From the NCBI GenBank assembly GCA_976226885.1, contig OZ320319.1:62744001-62808000 (forward strand): a stretch of 64,000 nucleotides of DNA, given 5' to 3'. The notes beneath the pieces were generated by a model, which saw nothing but the letters and a program-made list of their open reading frames with translations, did not search any database and was not told the DNA's origin. Shown piece after piece: positions 11,301 to 23,269 of this stretch. Position numbers and translations under genes: made by a program. Position 1 is the first letter of the stretch. Each line of letters begins with the position of its first letter. The stretch comes from Iphione sp. A-MEVVRFRX5. Lineage: Eukaryota.

Positions 11301-11390
11301 CATGTTTGTCTCGTATATATGCATTAGACGTTGGATTTCTATATTAATAAAGCAACTTCGTGGACATTAATTTATTACTTTTTTTTCTAG

Positions 11391-11440
11391 GAGTGATGGG
11401 TCGTCTAAGGTACCATGTAAAGCCAAAGTGGCCGTGTCAG
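11391..11440 (+). CDS. RTKN: Rhotekin exon
   Basis: SDGSSKVPCKAKVAVS; splice phases fit neighbours. Confidence 0.85.
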
Positions 11441-11961
11441 GTGAGTTATGTTTTTTGGTGCCCGTAACACTTTGCTGACAAATTACTCTTGGGTCACTGA
11501 TAAGATATCCTACTTCAGCGTGAGAGGCCCTGGCCTACCCATTAACATATCCACCTAATGAACAGTCCTTATATGAGAAAATTGATTAAATATGTTATAT
11601 CATATTTCATATAAATGAACAGTTTCCATTAAACGGAGGGACCCTTGCTTCATACACATTGCCTGGAACTAGGGAGTCGTGACAGCTCATGTAGTTGGGC
11701 ATGACAGATCGTTTGATGACCACTTCACGGTAGCGGTGTCCGTGCTGACGGTGCTTTATTGGTTATTTTTTTCTAAACCATTCCCGGTAAACAAAAGAAT
11801 TTACTTTGTGTGAGTGTTGACATGCTGTGCGGGAAAAAGTCAAACAAGTTTTTTGAATATGCAAACCCGCAACACTAGTGATATATTTTTTTAAAGTTTC
11901 TTTTGCATTCTTGCTTTCCTTAAGTGGTAATGGTAAGTTTTATGTTCTTTTTTTCCCTCAG

Positions 11962-12015
11962 ATATACGGATACCTCTAATGTGGAAGGATTCGGATCATT
12001 TCAAGAGCAAAGGAG
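11962..12015 (+). CDS. RTKN: Rhotekin exon (anillin-homology region)
   Basis: DIRIPLMWKDSDHFKSKG, matches the rhotekin DLRIPLMWKD motif. Confidence 0.92.
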
Positions 12016-12374
12016 GTAGGTTGCCTTTCTAAATTACATAGAACTTTCCATGTGCTGACTTAAGTCGTCTATGTATCAAGCCCATTGCGCAACCTGTATA
12101 TGCGAGATTTTTTAGTTGCAATGTCAAATCCCGTGTAGCAGATGTCATATTTGTGATATATCTGTTGTAATATCAAGTACTGTGGAAGCTAACCAGCCTC
12201 TGTTTTGTTGTTGTTGTTTTGTTGTTGTTTTTTTTAGTCATTTTTCAGGGAGTAGCCAGGAGATGTACGCTACTCTTCAGAGTATTTTTGAGCTGGGTCC
12301 CAAAAGATAACACATTAGTAAGCCTGCATTCTGTATGTTTGTATTTATATTAGTATCACCGGTTCTGCTTTCAG

Positions 12375-12495
12375 ACCATCGCCGCTTTGCCGTATTCTGT
12401 GTTCTGAAGATAGGCACGCATATCTACGACACCACACTCATCAAGGACGTCGACAGCAGTTTGACGGACCTCACCTTCGAAGATGTCATTGTCTT
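12375..12495 (+). CDS. RTKN: Rhotekin exon (anillin-homology region)
   Basis: DHRRFAVFCVLKIGTHIYDT..LTDLTFEDVIVF; canonical splice sites. Confidence 0.9.
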
Positions 12496-12970
12496 GTGAG
12501 TTTTATTTCAGCATTTTACATGTACACACACACTCCTTTCTCGTGCAATAACTGACTGTTTCTGTGAGTTTGTTTTTTCATGCAAGAACGACGAGATGTT
12601 TAATCGGCTAAGCTGTTGAACTAATTCAATTACATGAAATGTCAATCATCCGATGTAAAGTTTATTTAGGACCTCCTAAAGGTCGTTTATGGTATCATGG
12701 CATACACATTTTTGCTCAGTGACAATGGAATATATGGATTAGTGCCCATTGTCACCCGAAGGAATCTTATGACGTCCCTTAGGTATATAACGAGTATAAC
12801 AGAGATTTGTGTTCTTCGAAATGTCATCTTAAAGCTGATGTCAGTTATAAAAGAGTACATACAGAAGGTCCCATTACAAACAGGCTTCTCCAACAAGGGA
12901 CAGTGGGACCATGATGTCGCCTCCGATCTGTCTTGTTTGACAGCCTCTCTCTGTATACATCTGTTGACAG

Positions 12971-13499
12971 CGAGGACACAGCGCCGGACTTTGAGTGCCA
13001 CATCGAGGTCTACTGTCACAAACTTTCCGACGACTCGTCGACGAGTACACCACGCAGGATCCGGAAGAAGTTCAACGAGATCTCGACGTCGGTGGGGCGC
13101 AGCGTGGGTCGCCGTCTCTCTGGTCTAAAGGATGATCCGGAGTTCATGGCCAATATGATAGTCGGCCCGCGATTTGAAATGATTGCCTCGGCGACCCTTT
13201 CGCTCGCCGACGTGCGCGACTCGATCGGCATCTTTGACCTGCCGACGAACAGCGCAGCGTCGTCGGAAGGCGGCAGCACCGAACTTCCGCTCTTCGGGAA
13301 CCTGTGCTGCCGCCTGGCCGCCCAACCGAGGTGCATGATGGTCGAAGCGGCGGCTGGTCAAGTAGCTTTGAAGGCCGGTGGCGACTCCTGGCGGCGGCAG
13401 CAGTGGTGCGTGCTTGGGGGGCAGTCACTTCGTCTGTGGGAGTCTGAGCGAGATCAAAAGCAGGACGTCGACCACACGCTCGATGTCACCATTACCTCG
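12971..13499 (+). CDS. RTKN: Rhotekin exon (anillin-homology end + PH start)
   Basis: EDTAPDFECHIEVYC..LPLFGNLCCRLAAQPRCM..WCVLGGQSLRLW; canonical splice sites. Confidence 0.92.
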
Positions 13500-13782
13500 G
13501 TGAGTAAAACTGAAGGATAGTGGATCATTGCCAAGCCACTCTCTGGCACTTGCATCACAGTTATTATTCTTAACGTAACAATTATACGTTACAAAAATGG
13601 ACCAGCCGTATCAAGCAATACATGTATGATGATTTTCTCGATTTTTTTTCAAAAGCATTGTTATATACATACATGTACGTTCTTGGTGAATGCCCATTTA
13701 TTTTCAGAATATATGGATGTGATATTTTCGAATCTAATGCTATAATATTCGTCTGTCTCTCTTTTGTCTTTGCCTTAACTAG

Positions 13783-13945
13783 GACGCCAAAGCCAAAAAA
13801 CTGGATGGTCGCTCAGAATATGGTTACGCAGTTCAGTTATCAGCATGGTCTAACGGACGCAAGCGGAACTTCCAGCTGGCAGTGGACTGTGAGGGTGACC
13901 GGGATGTGTGGTACAACACACTACAACAACAGATTATAGATATAG
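13783..13945 (+). CDS. RTKN: Rhotekin exon (PH domain end)
   Basis: DAKAKKLDG..FQLAVDCEGDRDVWYNTLQQQIIDI; phases 0/1. Confidence 0.88.
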
Positions 13946-14379
13946 GTGAGATACACAGTTCGGACAGTGTAAATCGTTAGGGGTTGGAAATCTAGGTTAA
14001 ATATGATGTAGCGTGAAACCTATCAGCTCTTATGCTACCCAAGGAAAACCCTCGCTTTGGTTGATTTCTGAGAGGAAAGACGTCGGCATTTACAAAGGAA
14101 AAAATATTTCAAATGCTGCTCCAAAAATGGGGAAACGATTAAGGCACGAGCGAAGCGTTTTGAGGGAGTTATGAATTTATTAATTGCTTTCCTGTTCTTC
14201 GGTCGTCATTCAAGTACTTTTGGTTGTCTATGAGGCGACATCTCGATGTCTAACTATACCACGACTGCGACTACCATATTATCAGAAATTAAGATGGTAC
14301 TGGGTTCTCTCATGTTATCGTAATTTCTCTTTCTGAGTATATTCCAACTCTATTGGATTCTTGTGTGTTTATCTCTTCT

Positions 14380-14448
14380 GCTGTATTCAACACCGACACC
14401 TCTGTATGCTAAGCAAAGGAGACGTTGAATAAAAACTTGAAACTTGAA
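14380..14448 (+). mobile_element. Possible 3' tail of a truncated CR1/L2-type LINE
   Basis: AATAAA followed by AACTTG-AAACTTG-AA tandem tail; 5' limit not determined. Confidence 0.35.
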
Positions 14449-14652
14449 TATCCACAAAAGTAGTCATATACTCCATTGTAGTAAATGTCTTTATTTCTAT
14501 GACTTGGATGATTAGAATCTTAAAATGAGGTAATTTTTATTCCAGCGAGTTATGATATAAGATTAATGATCGCAAGGGAACATTTGGTATAATTTCGTCT
14601 CTGTCAAGATTACTTTTTTAATCCATTGCTTTCCGATTATTTATATTTGAAG

Positions 14653-14775
14653 GTGCGTGGAAACAAGCTTGTGACCGAGTGATGAGTATTGAACAAACGA
14701 CACCGCCAAACAGACGCTCCATATTTAGCCACCGTATGCGATCTTCACTTTACGATGAAACGCCATGGGATGAGG
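14653..14775 (+). CDS. RTKN: Rhotekin exon
   Basis: GAWKQACDRVMSIEQTTPP..SLYDETP resembles rhotekin WKQCCDEIMKIE..SLYHE; phases 1/1. Confidence 0.88.
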
Positions 14776-15070
14776 GTGAGTTGGGTTTGTTTCGGCCATC
14801 TTCTTCCTTTATTTGAAACTGATATTTAATGAAGGAAAGTACCCAGCAATATCGACTGAAATTGCATAAGTCCATTAAGATGAGGTTGAGTTCCAGTAAA
14901 GACACACTCCCATCTTTATATTTCGTCCAACATCCTCCATTGAAATTATGCAACAAGTCAGTGCTCTTACCGATATCGACTGTATTTGTTTATATACAGT
15001 AAGGTGAATCCAACATATTGTATATCTTCCACAATATATGACCTAAATTTCAACTGTTTTTTACTATCAC

Positions 15071-15195
15071 AATATCGTTTAGGGACTTTCCAAAAATTAA
15101 GAGACTTGTAGATCGAGCGTGATATGAACATCCCGTTATAATTTCGTTAAGGGACTTTCCAAAAATATAAGATTTGTACAGCATGATATGAACAT
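15071..15195 (+). repeat. Imperfect ~69-bp tandem duplication, each unit with GGGACTTTCC
   Basis: GGGACTTTCC at 15082-15091 and 15151-15160; shared flanks (cgtt-aggg.., tgatatgaacat). Confidence 0.75.
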
Positions 15196-15364
15196 ACATG
15201 TACATATCTATATATCATTGTTGCAACATAGTGTTTAATGAACAGGTAAATCGTGTGAAGTAGAGTGCCATTCCTTGATAACCAATTATTCCGTAGGAAT
15301 TTTGATGATGGGAAGTGAGTCATATATATATACAGGGTAATTAAGTGTTTTTATTTTAAACCAG

Positions 15365-15426
15365 ATGACTCACCGATGACCCGAGTGCTAAACCGATTGG
15401 AACTAGAAGATGAAAGTCATACCTGA
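15365..15426 (+). CDS. RTKN: Rhotekin probable terminal exon
   Basis: Strong acceptor tttttattttaaaccag, phase 1, DDSPMTRVLNRLELEDESHT*. Confidence 0.65.
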
Positions 15427-18042
15427 ATGTCGTCTGCAGCCAGTCAGGAAGTGCCACTAGACGCGGCCACCGCGATGTGCGGATGCTCTCCGAATATTAT
15501 CTGTGCATTTAAAAGTGTTATCACAACATAGTTTTAGACTCTTGAAGTTTTGTTGCGGGCACTAGGCCGATGGCATTCTTCCTGTATACGTTAATGCACT
15601 AATAGAAAAAAGATGTAATAATTTACTCAAGTGATGCGTAAATGTCGTGAATGAATGTGACGGTGATTGGTACATAGTGTACCATTGTATTTATGCTGCT
15701 TGACCTCTAACACCATACACGAAAATGAGATTTATACACCTTTTTATACGTGTGTTTTTTTGGGTTTTTTTTTAAACCTCGGTTGAGATATTACAGCAGA
15801 TATCTTTCCGATGACATGTCGCTGACAAAAAAACAGACACTACAGATACTGTAGCAATGGTTCTTGCTATATACTAATAGCATCATCCGTGTTCAATATT
15901 GCTGCCACAGTATTGGATGGAAATCATGTTGCTCGATAATTATTGTTATGATTCATGTGATACTCTCATGGAGGCAGACATATGCACGAGCCAACTCGTG
16001 ACTTTTGCTTGCACACCTATTTTTAGTGATAGGGAACTATATTTTAAGAGTGTATCTCTGCGGGATTTTTCTGCAGTGGATAAAACGCAGGGTTACAATC
16101 ATCTACACTCTAGCGGTAGCTGTGGACCTCTTACACCTCGATGGTTTTTATCACTTTCTTTCCTGAATTTACCACGTGCTTGTTTAGAGTTGCTCGCAGT
16201 TGAAATGTCCTCCTAACGTTGACAGCTGACCACCCAAATCCAACATGTTCTTGTGTACAGTTTACGGTATGATCAGTGTCACTCCATCGAGAATTTTTTT
16301 TTTTTTTTTTTTTCGAGAATCGAGAATTATTCCTGTCAACATGTTAAGCTTGGAAGAAAAATGTGACTCGTCGAGGACAAATTTGTTTTTTAACCACTTT
16401 TTAAAGAAGAAAATGATTGGAAAATGGTAGGGGAAAATTAACCCTAAGTCTTTCACACTGCTCATGGCCTGATGCCTCGAGATGAGTGGTGTCGGCTCCG
16501 AATGTGTGTGTTTACGTGCCATAGATAACTCATTCGCAGATTTCTCGTGTTGTCAAAGAGATAGCAAAGAAATACACATTTTTGAACAAAAAATAATGAC
16601 AGCCCTTATCATTTAGGAGGCCCTTCCATGTACATGTGTATTAATGCTATCAGACCGATAGCCATGGCGCGTGGGTAAAACCAGGACATAGAAATGTATA
16701 ACCATCTACCCATGTGTCCGGTCCTTATGGATGCGTGAGCGTGAAGCAGACTCATTGTTTCAAGCACCAGCATTTCTCAGCCTGGTTGCTAGGAGTCGGA
16801 GTGTCTATTGTAGTTCATACATGTATGTGCACAACAAAATAGTCATCACGTAGCCTGGTCCAAAAGCATTCAAAAATACAATATGGCTATGTGTCCAATA
16901 CTGTAGATATATGTACAGGGGAAGCTTGCCTTACTTTCATTACAAGCATTATCAAGTCTTGTTATTAAGTCAAAGGTTGCAGTAGTGTAACCAGCTGTGC
17001 GTGCCTGGCAACATCGCACCATGTACATCGCCCGTTGACCACTGCTGCTCTTAGCTAACTTTCCGAGTATACTCAGCAACAACAAAAAAATATCAAACAC
17101 CACATTCTCAGTCAGGGAGCCTTCATGGGACGTTCAAAAATCCCATTGTGAACATAACTGGTAGATCTAGGGTTACCTTCCACGTGGATACAGCATACTA
17201 ATTTTAGATTTATGATTATCAGTAACTTCTTTAGCATTGCCTTTTAAGTCTTAACCAGATCCAAGAGATTGTCTCTTAACAGAAATTATATGTACGTGTA
17301 TACATGTAGTTACATTTACATGTGTGCCTGTGGGCGCGTGCGCGCACACACATATACATACATATATATAAATAGAGGTCTCAGAACTGGCATAAAACTA
17401 CAGATTGAGGAACAGGGCTGATTGTTGTAGAGTCCGTTATCTTGTTCATAATTGTTTTTTTTTAATCGCAGTGGGCCATCTTAGTTGCCATAGCAACTGC
17501 AGTCACAGTGAGCGCTTTTGTTTCACTTCCAAGGTAATATCGGCGAGAGGATGTTGTTCGCCGTCTCTGTCCCAAAAAATTAACCATTTTACAATGAACG
17601 TTTTCCATCGAATTCACACCTGGTGATAACAGTTAAACCGAACCTCTTTCCATGACAATAGCAAACCTCAGCGGTGCTCAAACTTTGTACAGCGTTCTGA
17701 ATACTCAAGACTGATAGAAGTAGACAACTAGCTCGAGTCTTTGTAAAAGCAAGGGGTAGTTTAGATCTATGCATTGTGATGGCGTTGTACGCAAGAAATG
17801 TCTGTTATTAGCCTTATGGGACGACGTCATTGTTGTTTTGTAGCAGAACTTTGGATGTGGGGAAAAACACGCATATTATGCAATAAAAATATAAAGCAAA
17901 ATCCTTCGTTTGGTGTCTTATTACAAAAATGTTGCCAATAATGCAGTGTAGATGCAGTTGCTTTTTTTTTAAACGGACCTCTCACTTCTGTTTATGACGC
18001 GAATGAAAATGCTATTTGCTTTTGAGAGATTTAGGCAAACAG

Positions 18043-18891
18043 CAGGGTCCCCACTACACAGGGAAAATTTCTACAAAAAAAAAAATCCCTGTCTGGGAAA
18101 ACAAGGGAATTTGAAAATTTTGGGAAAACACGGAAACAAATTCTGATGAGTGGACCTGTGAGGTCTATTGTCCCCCCGCCATCAACTGCCCATAAAGATA
18201 GGGGGGGGGGGGGAAGGAGAGAGAGAGAAAATGAGTGTGTGTGTGTGTAGTGTCTCTCTCTCCTTACAACCACTTTAATTGGCAGCGTGTTTTGGAAGTG
18301 ATTGGTTAGACTTGTTTGTCCTTCAGGTTCACAACTCTCGGTTCTGTCTGACTAGGCACAGCCCCCTCAGTTCTGCCTCACTGAGCACCAGACTGCTACA
18401 AACCCTCGGTTCTGCATGACTGAGCACTGAGTGTGTATGTATGTGCATTGTCAGACCTAGGAACCCCTGAACCAGGTATGTTTGTAGGTGTGTTAGGAAA
18501 AGAGTAAAATTGGCATAATTTCACCTTCAAAATATTTGAATTACTACCAATATTACCCAGTGCCATGATGCCATATATACCAATATCATATATTAATATC
18601 AGTTTTTTTGAGTGAAGGGTTTAAGACTTATAAGACCCACAAGAGTGTGACGGATGGTCGGGACACCAGCTAGCAGCATTCCTAATGTCCCCCCCTCTAT
18701 GAGGCGGGGGACAAAAATAACTAAAACAAAATCATAGATTTTTTTTCCTTTAAGACAAGGCCAACATCATTAGTTAGAAAATTATCCATACATAATTCAA
18801 AGCCCTGTCTTATAAAGTTGAGCAGAAACCAACACAGGGAAAACTGCCATGGCACAGGGAATTTGAAAATGAAATTTGAGTGGGGACCCTG
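18043..18891. mobile_element. hAT-like non-autonomous element
   Basis: 13-bp TIRs CAGGGTCCCCACT / AGTGGGGACCCTG, subterminal CAGGGAA repeats; flanks aaacag / aaacgg may be a 6-bp TSD with one mismatch. Confidence 0.65.
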
Positions 18892-21289
18892 AAACGGATT
18901 TTTACCTTTTTCTTCTTTGAAAACAATCACATAGCGTTAAAATATGTTTGAGGATTTCCGCAGACTAGTCTTCATCGGTGCTATCTGCTGCAAAAGCTAT
19001 TGTATACACTATTTGTATTCCCACGTGAGTACATGTACACCATGGCTGGTTGAGCAAGTTTAGAACGTTATTTTCCCTACTTACCAGCCGTCTTGTGCCC
19101 TTCTTCCACCTTTCTCATATTGCACTGCAGCTGCTATGAACAAACATACGTGCATGTATTTACTCTACTTTCCAGGTGAAGAAATGGATGGGAGCTGTAG
19201 GGAAAGACATGGGGACGGGGACCCTGTGTATACGTATATTTTCCGGTCTGGAAGTCTGTGTCTGTTTATCCTCTGCTACCACTCTTCCAGCTTTGAAAGG
19301 GACTCCATAATGAAAAAAGGGCAATGAGAAAAAAGGATGGGAACAGTACAGAAGGGGTTTGGGCAGTAAGGAAAAGTATGGGGACTGTGCTTATTAAACA
19401 AGGAGTGATTCAACTGACCTCCACAATGCAGGTTTTAGTTGAAAATGTGTCGTGTTTTAAATATTTGTCTACAGGTTTTTCCACCGTCCCAGAAAATACC
19501 GCTTTGCTCCGGGAAAGAGTTCCTTTTGACAACGCATGATAGTAGGTTTTAAAGCCAACACATCCGATATCATAACTTCACCCAAGTGACAGCCCAAAAT
19601 GGAGCAATCCCTTCGAGTTAAAAGTCGGGGGGAAATGATCGTGTCTACCCGTATAGTCAATCTTAAACTCAACTTTAAAAAAACTCAGTGGATTCATACA
19701 ATCATGACAAAGTATGCATCACGCCTTTTCAATCAAGTACCTTGATCAAGTTGGAGACAGTTCATGCATTAACATATTCCTATTGTGTATCTATCTTACG
19801 GTTTTAAAACATTTTTCAAAAGTGAGTAAATAGACTAATGGCCAGGTTCATTTTTATACGTATCTATGAAATATATTTATGTCAGATAAACTATTCTCTG
19901 GTCTCTTGGGAATGAACCGCTAAATTTGAAGCATGGACCGATGGTTGTAGGCCTTGGCACGTGATTCCTGCCATATACACCCAGTATCAAAGATGTCACC
20001 AAGAAAGTAATGCCAACAATTTTGTATATAAATATACACAAGCAGTTTTTATTCATCACAAAGGTAGAATGTATATCAAAATGGAATGAGATTCAGTTCT
20101 AAGCATTTCTTTTACGCACCAAGCTTTCATCTCGCCAGACACGCGACAAAACTTAACATTAACTCAAAGATAAGTTATGCACAGAACTTTCATGCACATT
20201 ACTTTTAGGACAAGACATCCCAGAAAGAAGAATCTGTTTTTTTACTTTTTTGGGGGGAACAACCTGTGCCCATATCTGGAGGTACCTTCCAGAGTCCAAC
20301 TCATCCACCGCAGACACCGCAGTGTACCATCACTGAGAGCAGTACGAAATGGTGCGGACCGTCATGAACACCTCACGCACAACAAAGGTTTTTAGCTTAT
20401 TACATATTCTATCATACTGTTATCATCATTGCTAAAAAACTGAATAACCTTTCATAACATATGGTATAACACTGTCCTGCATAGGAAGCAACAGAATCGA
20501 AGACAGCCACCATTCTATATATGATGTCTATGATCTGTAGTGACGAAATGAAGAAAATGACTCCATTGAAGCCATTTCTGCGTACTTCAGTGGTTTAAAT
20601 AACCACGACTTTGTATTTGCTTGGATCCCAGTAGTTTTTTTTAATCAGCGATTGCCCTTAGTAGTTCTGCAAATCAAGAGGAAAATATTTGTTTAACGTG
20701 GGTGGAAGCTTTCAACCAAAGTTTATATAAGTTTGTTACCCGAAAACAGGTAGGTGCTTTATAACCGAGCAAATTTGACTGCGGTGAATATAGTACCTAT
20801 AATACAACTTTTGCTTGACATTACAACTGATAAAATCCGTAAAACACAGTTTTATATATGTTGGGAAACTGGCTCAAACACAATCGCTCTCCCTCTCCCT
20901 TCCCTGGCTCTCTTTCCTATTTGAAGCTTACAAATTGCTCTGCTGAACGAACTGGTGAGGGAGTCGGAGTAGATAAGTTCCTCATCCGTATCAGGCTGCG
21001 TCAGTGTTAGTAATGAGCATTGATATTAGCCTAAGCACGAACTTACGTATGATTCTTATGAATTATTGTGATGGCGTCGGTGTGAGCGGACGTGATCGTG
21101 ATCGGGGGAGGGTAATTGAGCCGTTTTTTGACAAAAGGAATGACCGAGACACTAACAGGACTCAATCGGCACTACTGGAACTGCATACTTCAGGTAAAGA
21201 AAGTATTTAAGACTCAGAACTAACCTTATATCACGCATTTTTGGTTAACTTTATGCAACACTTCAGGTGACGGTTACTGCTGAGCGACA

Positions 21290-23002
21290 ATGGGGTCAAA
21301 CACGACTATGACCAGTACACAGGGGATATTTATAGCAACACCTGACACTGCGGTGGACGGCTACACCGACACCGTTCTTAGTAACCCAAACAACTCAATT
21401 ACAAAAATTACTATTCTTTCGTCAGTTAAGCAGTCGAATGGGGGCTTCGCAGAAAATCAAAATTTTTCAAATGATATTCCAAGGGAATTAGCTGACAAGA
21501 GGCCTAATGTAGCAGATACAGTCAACAAAAGGAAAGACATAAGTCCTAATGAAATGGACCCTGACAATAAACGAAACAAAGAGAGTAAAAATAGTCCGAC
21601 TGACCAAAACAAAGATGCTTCACCTGATGTACCAGGGGACAAAATTAGTCCATTACCGGGGTGCAGAACTAATATTTTAGCTCTGTTGAATGAAGCTGCA
21701 AATCCATCTGCTAACCAGAGTCCACCACCATCCCTTCTAGTCCAGGGCATGTTTTCTGAGCTAAAGGAACAAATGGGAAGTATGGTTAAAACTCTAAACG
21801 ACACAATAGTAGCACATATTGAGGAAACACAGAAAATGCATGAGTCGTTCTCATCAGGTATTCAAAAAAATAATGGCGCCATAGCAGAAATGCTGGCAAC
21901 ATTAGAAATACACAAAGTACGTATCCAAGAACTAGAGACAGAGAATGCGGATCTAAGGGCTAGTATCAATAGTCTTGAACGGAGCAGAAAGATATCAATT
22001 GCCAGGGAAGGTAGACACCAAAGCAGTATAAACAATCTAACTGAGAAAGTTGAACGATTTGAGAAGGACTTGAAGTCTGATCGTTTATTAGTATCAGGGT
22101 TAATTGAGGAAGGGGGGGAGACACCCAGGCGGTTGAGTGAAAAACTAATGGATATCTTTAGGAAAGCAGATCCTGCCTGTAGAACAACAGACATAGACGA
22201 GTGCTTCAGGGTTGGACAAAAAGTAACAGGAAAGATAAGAGATGTCAGAGTGAAATTTTGCAAAACCAGTACAAGGTCCAGGATTCTTCTGGGTAGGAAG
22301 AACCTGAAGAGCCTAAAAGGGGTATGGTTAAATGAGGAACTGACACAAACAGAACGTGTGCACAGAGCGGAACTCCGTAGCATTCACCACTTAGCTACAG
22401 AGCTAAAATGCAACTCGAAAATTGAGGGTAACAAGGTGGTAATAGAGGGGACTGCATACACTACAAAAACTCTCCATAGGCTGCCCGTAGGGATTAGTCT
22501 CGAAAAGGCATCAGAACGTGAGGTGAACAACAGTCTTGCTTTCTACGGAAAGCACAATCCGTTGTCGTACATGTACAAAAACGACATGGTATACAAAGGC
22601 CTACAATTTAATTCAATCTTGCAGGCCTATGCGTATACTATAGCCAACAATTCTGGAAATGGGGCCCAAGCAATGGAGGTGCTATCACAAACAGAACCGA
22701 GTGCTATTGTTCGAAAAACGAAAACGATTGTAAGTAACTCGGGTCTTGACAGTGCAGGGCGCATTAAAACAATGAAAGACATTGCACTCATTTGCTTCTC
22801 TACTATTGAGAAGCAGAAAACAAAGCTCCTATCCACGAAGGATTATGACCTCATTGACGCCTCATTAGATCCTGAGTGGGGGGCGGGAGTAGGTCTCAGG
22901 TCGAAAGACATTGGTGCTGGTACTTTCATTGGCGCCAACGAATACGGGAAACTACTGGTCGAAATCCGCGCATGCCTCAGAGGAGACATGGACACGGAAT
23001 AG
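21290..23002 (+). CDS. LINE ORF1p: disordered N-terminus, coiled coil, RRM-like domain, C-terminal NADAR/YbiA-like domain
   Basis: IQELETENADLRASINSLER coiled coil; LLVSGLIEE..IDECFRVG..VRVKF..VWLNEELT ORF1p RRM pattern; FYGKHNPLS..LLST..LIDASLDPEWGAG..GANEYGKLLVEIR NADAR pattern (~22529-22990). Confidence 0.85.
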   Translation: MGSNTTMTSTQGIFIATPDTAVDGYTDTVLSNPNNSITKITILSSVKQSNGGFAENQNFSNDIPRELADKRPNVADTVNKRKDISPNEMDPDNKRNKESKNSPTDQNKDASPDVPGDKISPLPGCRTNILALLNEAANPSANQSPPPSLLVQGMFSELKEQMGSMVKTLNDTIVAHIEETQKMHESFSSGIQKNNGAIAEMLATLEIHKVRIQELETENADLRASINSLERSRKISIAREGRHQSSINNLTEKVERFEKDLKSDRLLVSGLIEEGGETPRRLSEKLMDIFRKADPACRTTDIDECFRVGQKVTGKIRDVRVKFCKTSTRSRILLGRKNLKSLKGVWLNEELTQTERVHRAELRSIHHLATELKCNSKIEGNKVVIEGTAYTTKTLHRLPVGISLEKASEREVNNSLAFYGKHNPLSYMYKNDMVYKGLQFNSILQAYAYTIANNSGNGAQAMEVLSQTEPSAIVRKTKTIVSNSGLDSAGRIKTMKDIALICFSTIEKQKTKLLSTKDYDLIDASLDPEWGAGVGLRSKDIGAGTFIGANEYGKLLVEIRACLRGDMDTE

Positions 23003-23269
23003 ACCTGACACTGACTATCGCTCTCAGATACAACCAACACATCAATGTACCGGTAGGGACATAAAGTGACTGGGCTGTAGTATTAGCTTGACTACTACAA
23101 ATCGACATTACTGACGCCAGACTAGGGAATAGAGGGTACATTCGACTTGTACTAAACAGACAGAACTTGACGACAAAAGACTTGACTACTCTACCTGACA
23201 CTACTGAAGGTCGGCAGACTGGAAACGGAACGCTACCTATATATATATATATATATATTGTACTTGAAT

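Noticed and set aside
19085-19124. Exon-like minus-strand segment with a strong gtaagt donor
   Set aside because: Could not link it to gene A or any other model; too short for homology evidence.
20900-21100. HDV-like ribozyme or TSD at the LINE 5' end
   Set aside because: Could not build the nested double pseudoknot by eye, and found no match to the post-poly(A) flank.
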